Origin: Neoechinorhynchus agilis
Lineage: Eukaryota > Animalia > Acanthocephala
Direction of reading: 5' to 3'
Length of the DNA stretch: 64,000 nt
Assembly: GCA_051530055.1 (NCBI GenBank)
Contig: CM121341.1
Span: forward strand, 11,696,784-11,760,783
Shown here: in pieces, positions 34,689 through 46,782 of the stretch
How the letters are laid out: every line of letters starts with the position of its first letter
Numbering within the stretch: the stretch's first letter is position 1
Made by a program: the position numbers and the translations under genes
The notes under the pieces: model-generated
The model's input: only the letters and a program-made list of their open reading frames with translations
Databases searched by the model: none
Told to the model about the DNA's origin: nothing

Positions 34689-35509
34689 TTCAATAAACTC
34701 TCTTTCAGTCGGATTGTCAATCAAACAATCATCAATAGATAAAACATGCGACTGAACAACCAAGCAGCGCTTAGTAATCCCATAAGAAAAATACAATAAT
34801 CGGTATTCTCGCGAAAATCGAAATGCATAGTTGAGAATTATCGTCAAATTTAAACAATCACATTGTTGTTATTTTGCAGGCGATAAAAAAGTTTGCTTTG
34901 ATGTAATCAAAAAAGCGAGATTAAAATGTGGCGCTCAACTTGGAAAATTATAGTAAACTTTATAAATGTGAAAACCAGACTTTTGAGGTAATCTAAACTC
35001 ATAAATGTATAATTTCTCAGATTTCTACATAAAAGAAAAGCATTAAATTTTTGAATCTTTGTCATATACAAAAAATCATAGTAAAAATTGTAAGAAAATA
35101 CAATGCTGCAATTATTTTATAATGAAGTTTAAGACCTACGTTAGAGAGCGCATTTTATTTTTATTTATCTAGAGTTCATTGAGCATGTCGATTGAAAAAT
35201 CATTAGTCAATTTTTTGACAAGCCCTTCGATCTATAAGTGTTTTTGTACGTTAAAAAACAAATTACACGTGAAAAATATGGGTAGTCTTGCGCCTTATAA
35301 AAACGCTTGAATTAGGTCTTTAGAAATTTTCTCCAAGATTAGGATTTTTGATAATTTAATTGGCTGAATTATAAGGATATTAATATGCAATAAATAGTTT
35401 TTGCATACTATAACAAGATTATCTATAGTTCTTATAGGTATTTTTGAATTATGATAAAAGATTTAAATTAAATAACATCGAGATTTAATCTTGGTGACGG
35501 GGTGCGAAA

Positions 35510-36975
35510 TAAAATTTAAGAGGTGTGAGTTTTAAAGAATTAATTATGTCGCAATCAAATTCAATTTATTTACAAAATTAGCATTTATTTTTTATTGACG
35601 TAAAATCTCTTCGTATATCTCACACCAGTGTAAAACCGCACAATTTTTAATAGAATAAAAAATGCCACAACTAAGAAACATGGATTAAATTTGCCTCTAA
35701 AACTTTAACCCCTTTAAACTTCTACAAGCAAAAAAAGGAGTGCACGGTGAACTCAGTAACTTTAAAGAATCAATTTTACGCCCTTTTTACAAACAAAAGA
35801 TTTTTTTCTCTGGAGAAAATTTAAGAGGTGTGAGTTTTAAAGAATTAATTATGTCGCAATCAAATTCAATTTATTTACAAAATTAGCATTTATTTTTTAT
35901 TGACGTAAAATCTCTTCGTATATCTCACATCAGTGTAAAACCGCACAATTTTTAATAGAATAAAAAATGCCACAACTAAGAAACATGGATTAATTTTGCC
36001 TCTAAAACTTTAACCCCTTTGAACTTCTACAAGCAAAAAAAGGAGTGCACGGTGAACTCAGTAACTTTAAAGAATCAATTTTACGCCCTTTTTACAAACA
36101 AAAGATTTTTTTCTCTGGAGAAAATTTAAGAGGTGTGAGTTTTAAAGAATTATTTATGTCGCAATCAAATTTAATTTATTTACAAAATTAGCATTTATTT
36201 TTTATTGACGTAAAATCTCTTCGTATATCTCACATCAGTGTAAAACCGCACAAATTTTAATAGAATAAAAAATGCCACAACTAAAAAACATGGATTAATT
36301 TTGCCTCTAAAACTTTAACCCCTTTGAACTTCTACAAGCAAAAAAAGGAGTGCACGGTGAACTCAGTAACTTTAAAGAATCAATTTTACGCCGTTTTTAC
36401 AGACAATAGATTTTTTTCTCTGGAGAAAATTTAAGAGGTGTGAGTTTTAAAGAATTAATTATGTCGCAATCAAATTCAATTTATTTACAAAATTAGCATT
36501 TATTTTTTATTGACGTAAAATCTCTTCGTATATCTCACATCAGTGTAAAACCGCACAATTTTTAATAGAATACAAAATGCCACAACTAAGAAACATGGAT
36601 TAATTTTGCCTCTAAAACTTTAACCCCTTTGAACTTCTACAAACAAAAAAGGAGTGCACGGTGAACTCAGTAACTTTAAAGAATCAATTTTACGCCGTTT
36701 TTACAGACAATAGATTTTTTTCTCTGGAGAAAATTTAAGAGATGTGAGTTTTAAAGAATTAATTATGTCGCAGTCAAATTCAATTTATTTACAAAATTAG
36801 CATTTATTTTTTATTGACGTAAAATCTCTTCGTATATCTCACATCAGTGTAAAACCGCACAATTTTTAATAGAATAAAAAATGCCACAACTAAGAAACAT
36901 GAATTAATTTTGCCTCTAAAACTTTAACCCCTTTGAACTTCTACAAGCAAAAAAAGGAGTGCACGGTGAACTCAG
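35510..36975. repeat. 305-bp AT-rich tandem repeat, about 4.8 copies
   Basis: Anchor ttaaga recurs with periods 305, 305, 305 and 304; few substitutions. Confidence 0.97.
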
Positions 36976-37250
36976 CAACGCCTCTTTAAAGAATTTACAA
37001 ACAAAACATTTTTTATCGCTTGAACGAATTTAATATAAAATCTCAGATTGGAACATCAGGGACTAAACAGCTTATTCCACATTACAACGACTGCGAAGCT
37101 TTGGATTTTTTCACTACATGTAAGAATAGTGCGTATTCATCGCTCGTAATCTCTACACGTTTTATAATTTTGATTCTTTCGAGCATGCTTCTAATCTTCA
37201 CTACAAATCAAATTTTTGTTTCCAATTAAGTGCAGGGGTTCATCAATGAT

Positions 37251-37359
37251 CGTTTAGGTCTACAACCGCGATAAATGATTATTTATTAAATACGTCTTGG
37301 ATCTTCGTCGGGTTCATCATCAGTTTGTCACATTCCCCGGTACCTCACATATCGACATT
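37251..37359. mobile_element. Family D mini-element with one arm deleted
   Basis: Left arm (degenerate antisense hammerhead) joined directly to tail attccccggtacctcacatatcgaca; 12-bp TSD TTCATCAATGAT (37239-37250, 37360-37371). Confidence 0.8.
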
Positions 37360-38639
37360 TTCATCAATGATGCTTTGCCTTGAGTATCGGTTGTTTCAAT
37401 TGCTCACTCGATCGTCGTTAGTGATATTTTTATGTTGATATCGTCATCTGAGCTATTTACTCTCGAAATGAACTCAATTCTTTATGTTGCGAGTCGGTTA
37501 CATTTATTCTCGAAATTTTGAAGCAAATATCCATTGGACGGCTGATATTTTTTGCCCGACTTCCTTAATCGTTGAACTTTTTGTCTGTTTAATTGCGCGG
37601 AACATTGTTGTTAAAGAAACTAATCGTAAGGTTGAATTATTCATTTTTTTGTATGGCGGAAAATTGAAGGAATTTAAAAGTTACAACCTAATAGAAAGGT
37701 ATACAAGAATGCGTCTCTGAAATATCGGACTTAATAAATTTCTTCAATTTTATCGTATTTTGACCATACGCTAAAAACGGTTTCGAGTTGTTGCTATCTC
37801 CTACAAAAAGCACCGCATTTTCCACAAATTTACTTCATGATCGATGAGGACATTGAGACTGATCAATGTTGTTATTACATTTCTGATGCTCAATGGGACG
37901 TCATCTTACCCCTTACATAAATGAGATTGCAATTGTCAAACATGTTCGCACGCGCAGTGACTCTTACAACCCATTACGGAAACACATCAATACCCATGTT
38001 TTGGCAAGGAGACGATTGCTACCATTTGAATGTCATGCAAATCAGCTCTATTTGCGGTACCAACACTACTAAAAAGTTTTCTTGGTGATGAAAAGAATAG
38101 AGATTGATTTATTAATTCCCAATATTTGGTCCGTCTCTTGTCGGACTTCTTCAGGTTGCTTAGCAGGTTTTTAATCCCCAAATCTCTATTCCTCTCATCA
38201 AAAAACAAAATACATATGAAAAGGTGTTTGTATGTGGCGTAAAAATTAAAAGAATTTATTGATTCCAATATTTCAAAGCCACAATCTTGTACCTATAATA
38301 TTTCGGTACAATATTGTGCCTTTATCAAGGCTGTAAAAAGTGTTTTATTCGCACAAAACAACTTACAGCCTTGATAAAGGTACAAGATTGTGCCTAGGAA
38401 ATACTGGAATCAATAAATTATTTTTAATTTTTACGCCAGATGCAAACATGAACAATTCGATCTTCAAACATATAAAAAGGTTTTGTGCATGGCCTTCTAT
38501 GGATACAGCATAACTATACGGGACAATTCCTCCAAGCGAATAAAAGTAGTTCAATTTTATTCATCTCTCCCTCATCAAAACAAACTATGGACAACATATT
38601 TACTACTTACAATGTCGCAGTTATTCCGTTAATTTGCAG

Positions 38640-39070
38640 TTGATATATATGTAAAGCTTTAAAGTGGACGGCTTCTGTTCATACTTGTGCATCAAAGACA
38701 ACTACGAGTATATGACTATATCCGCATTCGGGATGTCGTGGAGAATGATGAAAATATAGATGAAAGTAAGAAATTAGTTATTCTACCCGCTACATTTACG
38801 CGAAGTCATGGACATATCCATGAATTACATTTAACTGCAATCCAGCTTTGCAGAGATGCAGTTATAGTCATGATTTTCTAGCCAGGGTGTTCAGAGAAAA
38901 CAAAATGAAATTACTGAACCCCATTACACGAAATTACGTCTTTGACCATACGCAATGGTGTATGTACTCCATCGAGTGGCAGAAGCGAGGACTTCCACAT
39001 TACTATAACCTCATCTGACAAAAATAAAAAAAAATTGTACCGACAGTTGTGAAGACCGATGTGATTCACG
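38640..39070 (+). mobile_element. Helitron RepHel fragments
   Basis: QRQLRVYDYIRIRDVVENDEN..LVILPATFTRS..H and YSIEWQKRGLPH (Helitron Rep motif). Confidence 0.8.
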
Positions 39071-39479
39071 AACCATTCGTAAATATAAATATCCGTGCTC
39101 CATGCATGAAAGATGAGAAATGTATTAAGAAATATCCACGACAATTACTATAACATACACAAATTCGCGATTATGGTTTGCCAAATCTTCTCGGATATCA
39201 TAACTTGAAATGAACACGAGGAAAGACCAAACTCACGAGCTCTCCTTCAAACAATATCCGATAATTCCCACCCGCTTGGACTCGTAATCCACTCCAAAAT
39301 CAATAGCCAGTTTCATTTTCCAATCAGAACTCGAGTGTTTATGAGGACTTATATAAAAACGTTTTGTTAATTTAAGAAAAGTACGATCCATACACTTGCC
39401 AGCATCTATCTTTGCTGAAGATGTCTGGATGTCGGATGTTGAGGCAGGGAGGTGGAACTTGTCTTTGAAGGAGTTTTAC

Positions 39480-41050
39480 AGGAGATGACCGATTGGGAGC
39501 CTTTCCTTGTTCTCCGGTTGTTAAGGAAAGACTGGGCTTGGGGGAGGAAAGATTTTTGGTAGAGGGTGGTACGAGCGAGGGGAGGGTGAAAAAAGGTCTG
39601 GGTTACGGGTGTTTACGAACGAAGAGTATTTAGAGATGAAGGAAGAAAATTGTGTAGGGGGTTGAGAGAAAATGGAGTGGAGGTGGGCGTCGAGGGGAGG
39701 GAGTGAAGTCCCACATAATTTCGCTGCTCTCTTGTGGAAGGTTTCGAGGGAATGGAGAGCATTGGTGGAAAGGGCGAGTAAAGTGGGGAAGGCGCATGTA
39801 AGGATAGGGAGGATGGCAGCGAGATAAAAGTGGGCAAGGTGTTTAGGAGAAACGCCGAGATGCCGGAGGAGTTCGAGGAGGTAAAGACTAGGGTTTGCTT
39901 TAGTGTAGGTAAATGAAATGTGGGCATCCCATTTAAGGTTTTCTTGTAAAATCAGGCCCAGTGTTCGAAGAGAAGATGAGCGTTGGATGGGGAGAGGGAG
40001 AGGCGCGGGGATAAGATTGCGTTTGGAAAGGGGGGGCACGCTCAAAAGATTTGGATAAATTTAGGGAGAGGTTTAGGGTGGAGAGCGATGAAACGAGATG
40101 GTTGAGCTCGTCCATGGTTGTGGAGAAGGAGAGAGAGGGAGATGCGATGGTAATGACTGTGAGGTCATCTGTATAGAGAAAATATTTGGTAGGGGGAGTG
40201 AGGGGATGAAGGTCATTTAGAAAAATGTCAAAGAGGAGAGGGGAAAGTACGGCGCCTTGGGGGATCCCTTTAAATATGGGAAGAGAAGAGGAGCAAGAAG
40301 TTCCACGTTGAATATATTGTTTGCGGTTAAAGAGGAAAGAAGAAATCCAAGTGAGTTGCCAGGTTGGGAAGCCATAGGAAGCACATGATTGAAGGAGAAG
40401 GGAGTGATCTACCGACTCAAACGCCCTGGAAATATCCAGTTGTATAAGACGGATGGTTGATGCTGGACTGGAATCTAAGCTGCGCACAAGCGTATCGTAA
40501 ATGCAGAGGAGGGCGTCAGAGAAAGAGTAATTCGGACGGAAAGCGAATTGGGAAGGGGAGATGTTTTTGAGGAAGGAGGGTTTTAAAACATTTTTCTAGG
40601 ATTTTAGAGAAAGGTGAGGGGATAGAGATGGGATGAAAAGATGTGGGGGAAATCGGTTTATCGTTTTTGGGTAGGGGGACGACACGGGCTTCCTTAAGAC
40701 ACGATGGGAAAGAGCCCATTAGAAGGCTAAGGTTCGTTACGTGCGTTAGAGGATCGATAAGTTCCGGGATGATGAGACGAATGGCCCAATTTGGGATAGT
40801 AGAATTGGAGGAAGAATGGCGGGGCAGGCGTTTAAGGATCTCTAGGATTTCGAGAGGCGAAACTAAGGAAGGGCATGTATGAATGGGCGGGTCAAAAAGT
40901 GAGAAGGGAGGTTGGAACAATGGATTGGAGGTTTGGGGAGGACAGAGGTTTTTATTCATGGAGTTAAGGATCGGGCCCTCATCTTTGTGCAACTACAAGC
41001 AATCCTAGCTCCAAAAATGACCGATAGTACTCGGTTATGCAATGATGCAC
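39480..41050 (-). mobile_element. CR1/L2-like LINE RT region, frameshifted
   Basis: VVPLPK, IQLDISRAFESVDH, GIPQGAVLSPLLF, FLYTDDL, LGLILQENLKWDAH. Confidence 0.85.
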
Positions 41051-41387
41051 GTCTATGCGTAAAAAGAATGCTGCCAAATTTGATAGAAGCAACGATATTG
41101 GGAGATTAGACCATTACCTGTGTATTCCTCGCATTCCCCTTTCATCCCATTGCAACCTCCCTTCCTCCTTGTTATTGTCCATCAACGTTCCCTCTCACAT
41201 TTTCACCATTTTCCGTTTATCTCTCTTCCTTCCATTTCCACAATCTTCCATTCTTGTTGTGCTTCTATCACTTTTCCTTCTTTCCGGCTCGTAATCCCCT
41301 TTACCGAAGCTGCCCCAAACTCATTTCCTTTCCCCTTTTAGGTCCGTCCTCCATTTCACTTTGTTTTCCCATCACAGAGAAGAAGAG

Positions 41388-41878
41388 ATGAAATGATATC
41401 CCTCAAATGTCATGGGAGAAATATTACAAAAGCATGAGCGAAGACTTATTCGACAAAGACCGCAGAAGCACCCCAAGTATTGACATCACGTTTGGCTTCT
41501 CGTGTTCTCAACGATGCCCTCATATTATTAGAAAAGATTAGCCATCAATAACAAAACCTATCATGACCAATACGTTCTCACATGTGAGCTAATCAGAGAA
41601 AAGAAGTATAATGTAGAGGAACTACGACAGTATGCATGAAACCACTTCTAAAGAACGATCAACACTGATAAGTAGAGACGGAATGAAATCTTTCAAATCT
41701 TCAAATGTCATGGGGAAAATATTGCGAAAGCATGAGCGAAGACTTATTCGACAAAGACCGCAGAAGCACCCCAAGTATGGACATCACGTTTGGCTTCTCG
41801 TATTTTCAACGATGCCCTCATATTATTAGAAAAGATTAGCCATCAATAACAAAACCTATCATGACCAATACGCTCTCA
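41388..41878 (+). repeat. Two ~180-bp copies (period 298 bp) of a probable Helitron coding fragment
   Basis: 41402-41580 matches 41700-41878; translation KYYKSMSEDLFDKDRR..NDALILLEKI resembles the Helitron inter-domain region. Confidence 0.6.
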
Positions 41879-43629
41879 AAAGTTAGACCTCTTCTAAACA
41901 ACGATCAAGCAATTGCACATGAGATTATAAATTATATAACACGGAAAGGTGGTTTTCTTTGAAACCGTTTTTGCTTAATTTTATTATAGCGCTTGCCTTC
42001 GCTTCTTCCCTAAGTCGCTTTTTAAATAATTTATTGCGAGCAATATTTTTTTAGGAAACTTCTGCCTGCATTCCTTATGATATCAACGACTGCAGTTTGA
42101 GCCTCAAGTTTTTTCGATGCAGTTTTACCATCGCAAGTAATGATATCCACGTTAGATTCGCTAATTTCTTTTATCGTCTTCACTTCATCTTCATATTGAT
42201 CTTTCTCTTGGTGAGATGTCGTTATGTCTGGTTTTGGGAACTCTTTTCTATTCGGAATATCGCGTGTGAGTGTATGCCGTTTAGAATTTTCAACAGCTTC
42301 GATTAATTCGACCTGTCTCTTTGTAGCGCATTCTAGCTCGAGCTCCAGAATGTTGGTTTGAAGCAATGCTTTAATGAAGAGACTAGCATCAGCGTGGAAT
42401 CGTTTTCGGCGTTCCTAAAGGCAAAGTATTAGAAATCAAAGTGCAAATGAAAGGTTACTTCATCTGGTTCAGAATCCAAAAATTGAGATTTTATGCTAAT
42501 TTTTATGTCTTGATCTGATAAGCGTATATCATTCTTCTCCATATCCATCAAGGGCAACGGTTTTTCATTTGAGCGAATTGATTCCGTTTGAATTTTTTTA
42601 TTCGCTTTACTATGCGAGTGAAAGTCAGATGGGAATTGTCTCTGAGTTAAATGGATTATTGAAACGGGACTGTACTTAGGAAAGCATATGAAAAAATTCG
42701 ATAAAAATACTTTACGATTTGATACTCGCGTCTATCAGCAGCAAAAGATTTTAAGCCTCTAGAGCGAGAGTAGCACATGCACCCTGTATCACTGGTTGTT
42801 CTAGACAAAAATTAAGAAAAATCTTTGATACACTTCTTTCACCATAACTAAAAATTAAATATTCACATCTATAAAAATTATTCCCAGCTATCGAACATAA
42901 AAAATTAAAACCGAATTTCTTCTTGGCCTACGCAAAATGGCTACGTTTGCAAACATCACGTTGAAATTCCCCAATGTTTAGTTTGAAATTTTTCAAAATT
43001 CCAAGGTTTGCGTAAGTCGTTTAAAAACTATAAGATAAACCTTTTTTTCACCGTGAGCAAAGATCGTAACTCTTCCATTGTATACATGAGCTTCCTATAT
43101 TCTCTGTTGTGCTTCCTATATTCATTTTCGACATAAGATCTCGAGTTATTTTTTTTGGATTTTGGTTTCATAGATGGTTCAAAGATGTCACTTTCCAGTT
43201 TCTTTGAAGGAATCTTCTGGATAATCAAAGGGATTTCAATACATTCTTTAAAAAGCATCTCTGTCTGTTGGATGCTCATTGTAACCTCGCAAGATTAAGT
43301 ACTATTAACTATTTACGTTGCCATGACGTTTATTGTGCGAAACAGCTTAGTCTATCAATCCATGGTTTAAAGAAGACGATTGAATAAAAAGCTAAGAGCT
43401 TTATAATCGAAGGCTACAAGTTACAATTTCCTTGCTGCAATAGATCATTTCTTTAATTTTTTACCGGTGTATATGTTTATCATTCTTGTAAGCAAGCTTT
43501 TTAAAATATTTTACATTTGGGTAAGTCAATTCATGTTTACAATATAGGAACTTATTTGTTCATTGGGACATATGTGGATTTATAATAACACATTTAATTG
43601 ATACAAACAGCGAACCATATACCTCTGGG

Positions 43630-44160
43630 TCCTCGTGAGCACTCGAGTTCTGATTTGTCAAACGAATGCGGTTGCTTATTTCGAAGAGGATTACGGGTTC
43701 GGTCGGGTGCGGGTATCCGGTCGGGGAATACCTGTTCGTATGTCAATATCCGGCCGGGGGATGTCCGCTGGGGTGGTAATTGGTGGTTATTGTTTGAGGG
43801 ATATTTATTTGATTTTGGTTGGTTAATTGTTAGTCGCTGTTGTCTTCCGCTTTTTCCTCCGAATCAATTCGCATTTGGAGGATTGAGCAGTGGGGAAGAA
43901 GGAGCGGAGGTAGAGATTTGTGCGAGGAACTCAAGGGTTGAAAATTTTGGGGCGACGTAAGTGTTTTAAGTATGAGTAAAAGGAGAAATCTGTGGTAGAA
44001 ATTGAAGAGGAGGAAGAGAATGAAAGCGCTTTGAGTCCTTTTGAAAGATTAGAGCGAGAGGTGTATTTCTAAGGGCAGGAGTTCGGAGGAGCAGATTAGA
44101 GCGCACCTCTTGTGAAATGTATTAAGTTTTTTGAATAGTTTAGAAGCCATAAGATCATGC
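43630..44160 (-). mobile_element. 3' fragment of CR1/L2-like LINE
   Basis: LNTFHKRCALIC matches other copies (FHKRAAKLC, FYKRAAKIC); ends with family terminal motif gaactcgagtgct(c/t)a(c/t)gaggac, also at about 39328 and 58270. Confidence 0.7.
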
Positions 44161-44163
44161 GCA

Positions 44164-44471
44164 ACGCGACTGTTGGTCAATTCATTCTGTCGCGATCGCA
44201 ACGTTGATAACAGCTCATCAGTATTACTCACAAATGCCCGTGTCCTCCGTAGCAATGGACCGATAGCCGAAGCCAGGAAACTAGAAACACGGTACGCTGG
44301 TCCATTAACCGCAGATATGATTGGTCTGCATTTCAGCAATGAGGCTGCTTGCGGTGTAACCGGACCAATAGGCATCTTGTGTGTCTTGACCAATCCGTAC
44401 ATCACCGGTGTACGTAATGGACCGTGTGTGAAACTGCTCATCCCTTTCAACTCTCGAGCCGATATCACTTT
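44164..44471 (-). repeat. 308-bp inverted copy of PLE-internal 44929-45236
   Basis: Reverse-complement match; ORF 44049-44468(-) repeats an internal peptide of the main ORF with one substitution. Confidence 0.95.
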
Positions 44472-46782
44472 CCAACTACGGGTAAAAGCTGTTCGTGATG
44501 GGGAACGTCTGGTTGCTGCAGAGGCTAATGCACCGCCTAGTTGTGAACCTGAGTGTGTCTCGCGATCTCGACCGCGTTTTGATTTCGAAAGGAATGCATT
44601 CGCAGTACCGAGAGCTGATGATCACACAGAGAGAAAATTGTTGATGTTGCGAGAGGGCATAGAAAACTTGACGGATCGTTATATGGATTACCGCTCGAAA
44701 CCGAATCTTCCGTTGAGTGAACGACGAGCACTGAGGTCTCTGAAAGAGAAAGTGCAAAAGAAGGAGATGAGGATAACAGTGAGCGATAATGCAGGTGATC
44801 TCGTGGCGATGGAAAGCAGCGTGGAAAGTGCGATGATGGGGACGTTATTGGGTCACACTGATACATATACAATGGCGACAAAAGACGAATGTGAGCAACA
44901 GCGCAAGGAGTTGAATGCTGCTCTTCGAAAAGTGATATCGGCTCGAGAGTTGAAAGGGATGAGCAGTTTCACACACGGTCCATTACGTACGCCGGTGATG
45001 TACGGATTGGTCAAGACACACAAGATGCCTATTGGTCCGGTTACACCGCAAGCAGCCTCATTGCTGAAATGCAGACCAATCATATCTGCGGTTAATGGAC
45101 CAGCGTACCGTGTTTCTCGTTTCCTGGCTTCGGCTATCGGTCCATTGCTACGGAGGACACGGGCATTTGTGAGTAATACTGATGAGCTGTTATCAACGTT
45201 GCGATCGCGACAGAATGAATTGACCAACAGTCGCGTAATGTCTTTTGATTTCGTGGCATTGTACACCAATGTGGACAACGAGGGAGCAGTACGTGCGCTG
45301 GAGAAAAGGTTGAAGGAGAATGAAGATCTTGACCTCTTTGGTCTACTACCAGACGATGTTATTGGTCTGACACGATTGGTATTGAAGTGCAACCTTTTTC
45401 GTTATCGAAACCAGCTATATAAGCAAGTTCTTGGTCTCGCAATGGGAAATAGTTTGGCTCCGGTATTGGCCATCCTCTACCTCGATGACCTGGAAAGACT
45501 GCACATCTATCCACATTTAGCGTCGAGTCAAGTTTACCTCCGCTATGTGGACGATGTGTTGCTGACCTTCACCGAGGATGATGAGGTCGATACCATTGAG
45601 TCACTATTAAATTCAATGGACTCGAATAGGAGGATTCAAGTTACAAGAGACCAACCTTCGGACTACCTGCCATTCCTCAATCTCCGCTTCAAATCCGACG
45701 ATGTGTCCAACTTCAATTGGTATCGAAAGCCATGCAGGAAGTCGATTGTGATGCACCGAGATTCTCACCATCCTTGGGCGATGAAAGCGGCGATATACGC
45801 TGGTATGCATAAATCGGCAACCACCTGCTCATCGTCGTGGGACGCGAAGCGTGGAGCGGTGGAAGCAGTAAACAAGATCTTCGCGGACAACGGATATTCG
45901 ACAGAGGAGATCGAAGGATTCCAGCGAGAAGTGGAAAATAGAATTAGACGAGACGCTGGACCCATGAGGGAACGAAAGGACGATAGGCCGATCCTACGAA
46001 TTCCGTACGTGAGTGAAATGTTCACGAAGAGAGTTAAAGTACTGCTCAGGCAAGCAGGGTTGAATGTGCGTATTGTGCACAGAGGGTGTAGAACGCTGCG
46101 GAGGATGCTGACGAGAACGAGCCATCATGAGGATCATCAGGAATGCCCTCGGTCGTGCCTAATGTGCAGATACGCAGCAGGTGCGAGGATGGACGAGGAG
46201 CGTCAGCAAGCCATTGATCGTGACTGGAAGATGTGCGATCAGAGCAGTGTGGTATTCGAGATCCGGTGTGAACGGTGTCGGATTGACCGTGGCCACTTGG
46301 TCACGTACGTGGGAAAAACAGAAAGGCCACTTCGCCAAAGAGTGGCCGAGCATGTACGAAACTCGTTGAACCCAAGTGCGCAATCGTATGTGACGACACC
46401 GTGGGCGAAACATTATTCGCGAGTCCACCCGGATGGAACAGTTCAGCTGTCCACGCGCATAATGTACAAAGCGCAGGATCCCGTCGAACTGTCGATAGCG
46501 GAAGCGCTGATCATATCCCGAGAGACCCGGGATCGTGAGGACTCTAGCGGGCATCGGTCGGACGGTAGGACACTCATTAACCAGAAGGATGAGTTGTCTG
46601 CAATCATGAATCTAATGTGAACTTCCACTCCACTTCACTCGCATTGTAGATTACACCCTGAAGAAGCCGTTGGACGGCGAAAGCTAGGTGTTTCAATAAA
46701 CTCTCTTTCAGTCGGATTGTCAATCAAACAATCATCAATAGATAAAACATGCGACTGAACAACCAAGCAGCGCTTAGTAATC
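44472..46782 (+). mobile_element. Penelope-like retroelement, family A, 5'-truncated, open RT + GIY-YIG ORF ending at 46620
   Basis: CRPIISAVNGP, SFDFVALYTNV, GLAMGNSLAP, YLRYVDD, LPFLNL, WYRKP, Cys-rich linker, VFEIRC..YVGKTERPLRQRVAEH; no stops. Confidence 0.93.
46653..46691 (+). ncRNA. Minimal hammerhead motif in the PLE-A 3' UTR
   Basis: Same as 34650-34688; predicted cleavage 46686/46687; AATAAA immediately downstream. Confidence 0.85.

Larger units (their letters stand above)
34373..34781. mobile_element. Palindromic mini-element made of two inverted 3' ends of PLE family A
   Basis: About 178-bp arms (34371-34548, 34564-34741), 15-nt spacer, 38-nt tail to 34779, 12-bp TSD ATAAGAAAAATA (34361-34372, 34782-34793). 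The right arm matches the 3' end of the PLE ending at 46782. Confidence 0.92.

Noticed and set aside
35510-36975. 305-bp repeat as a CRISPR array or hammerhead retrozyme satellite
   Set aside because: No unique spacers, and no CUGANGA...GAAA core found on either strand (closest is CUGAUGU with no stem II or GAAA).
37400-37860. Minus-strand CGKCGAF as a Helitron N-terminal zinc motif
   Set aside because: Too degenerate, with stops and no second motif confirmed.
38281-38391. Small inverted repeat (about 28-bp arms) as a MITE
   Set aside because: No TSD or second copy seen; may be a local fold-back.
44131-44471. N-terminal 114 aa of the 829-aa ORF as a novel PLE domain
   Set aside because: It is the antisense reading of an inverted internal duplicate.
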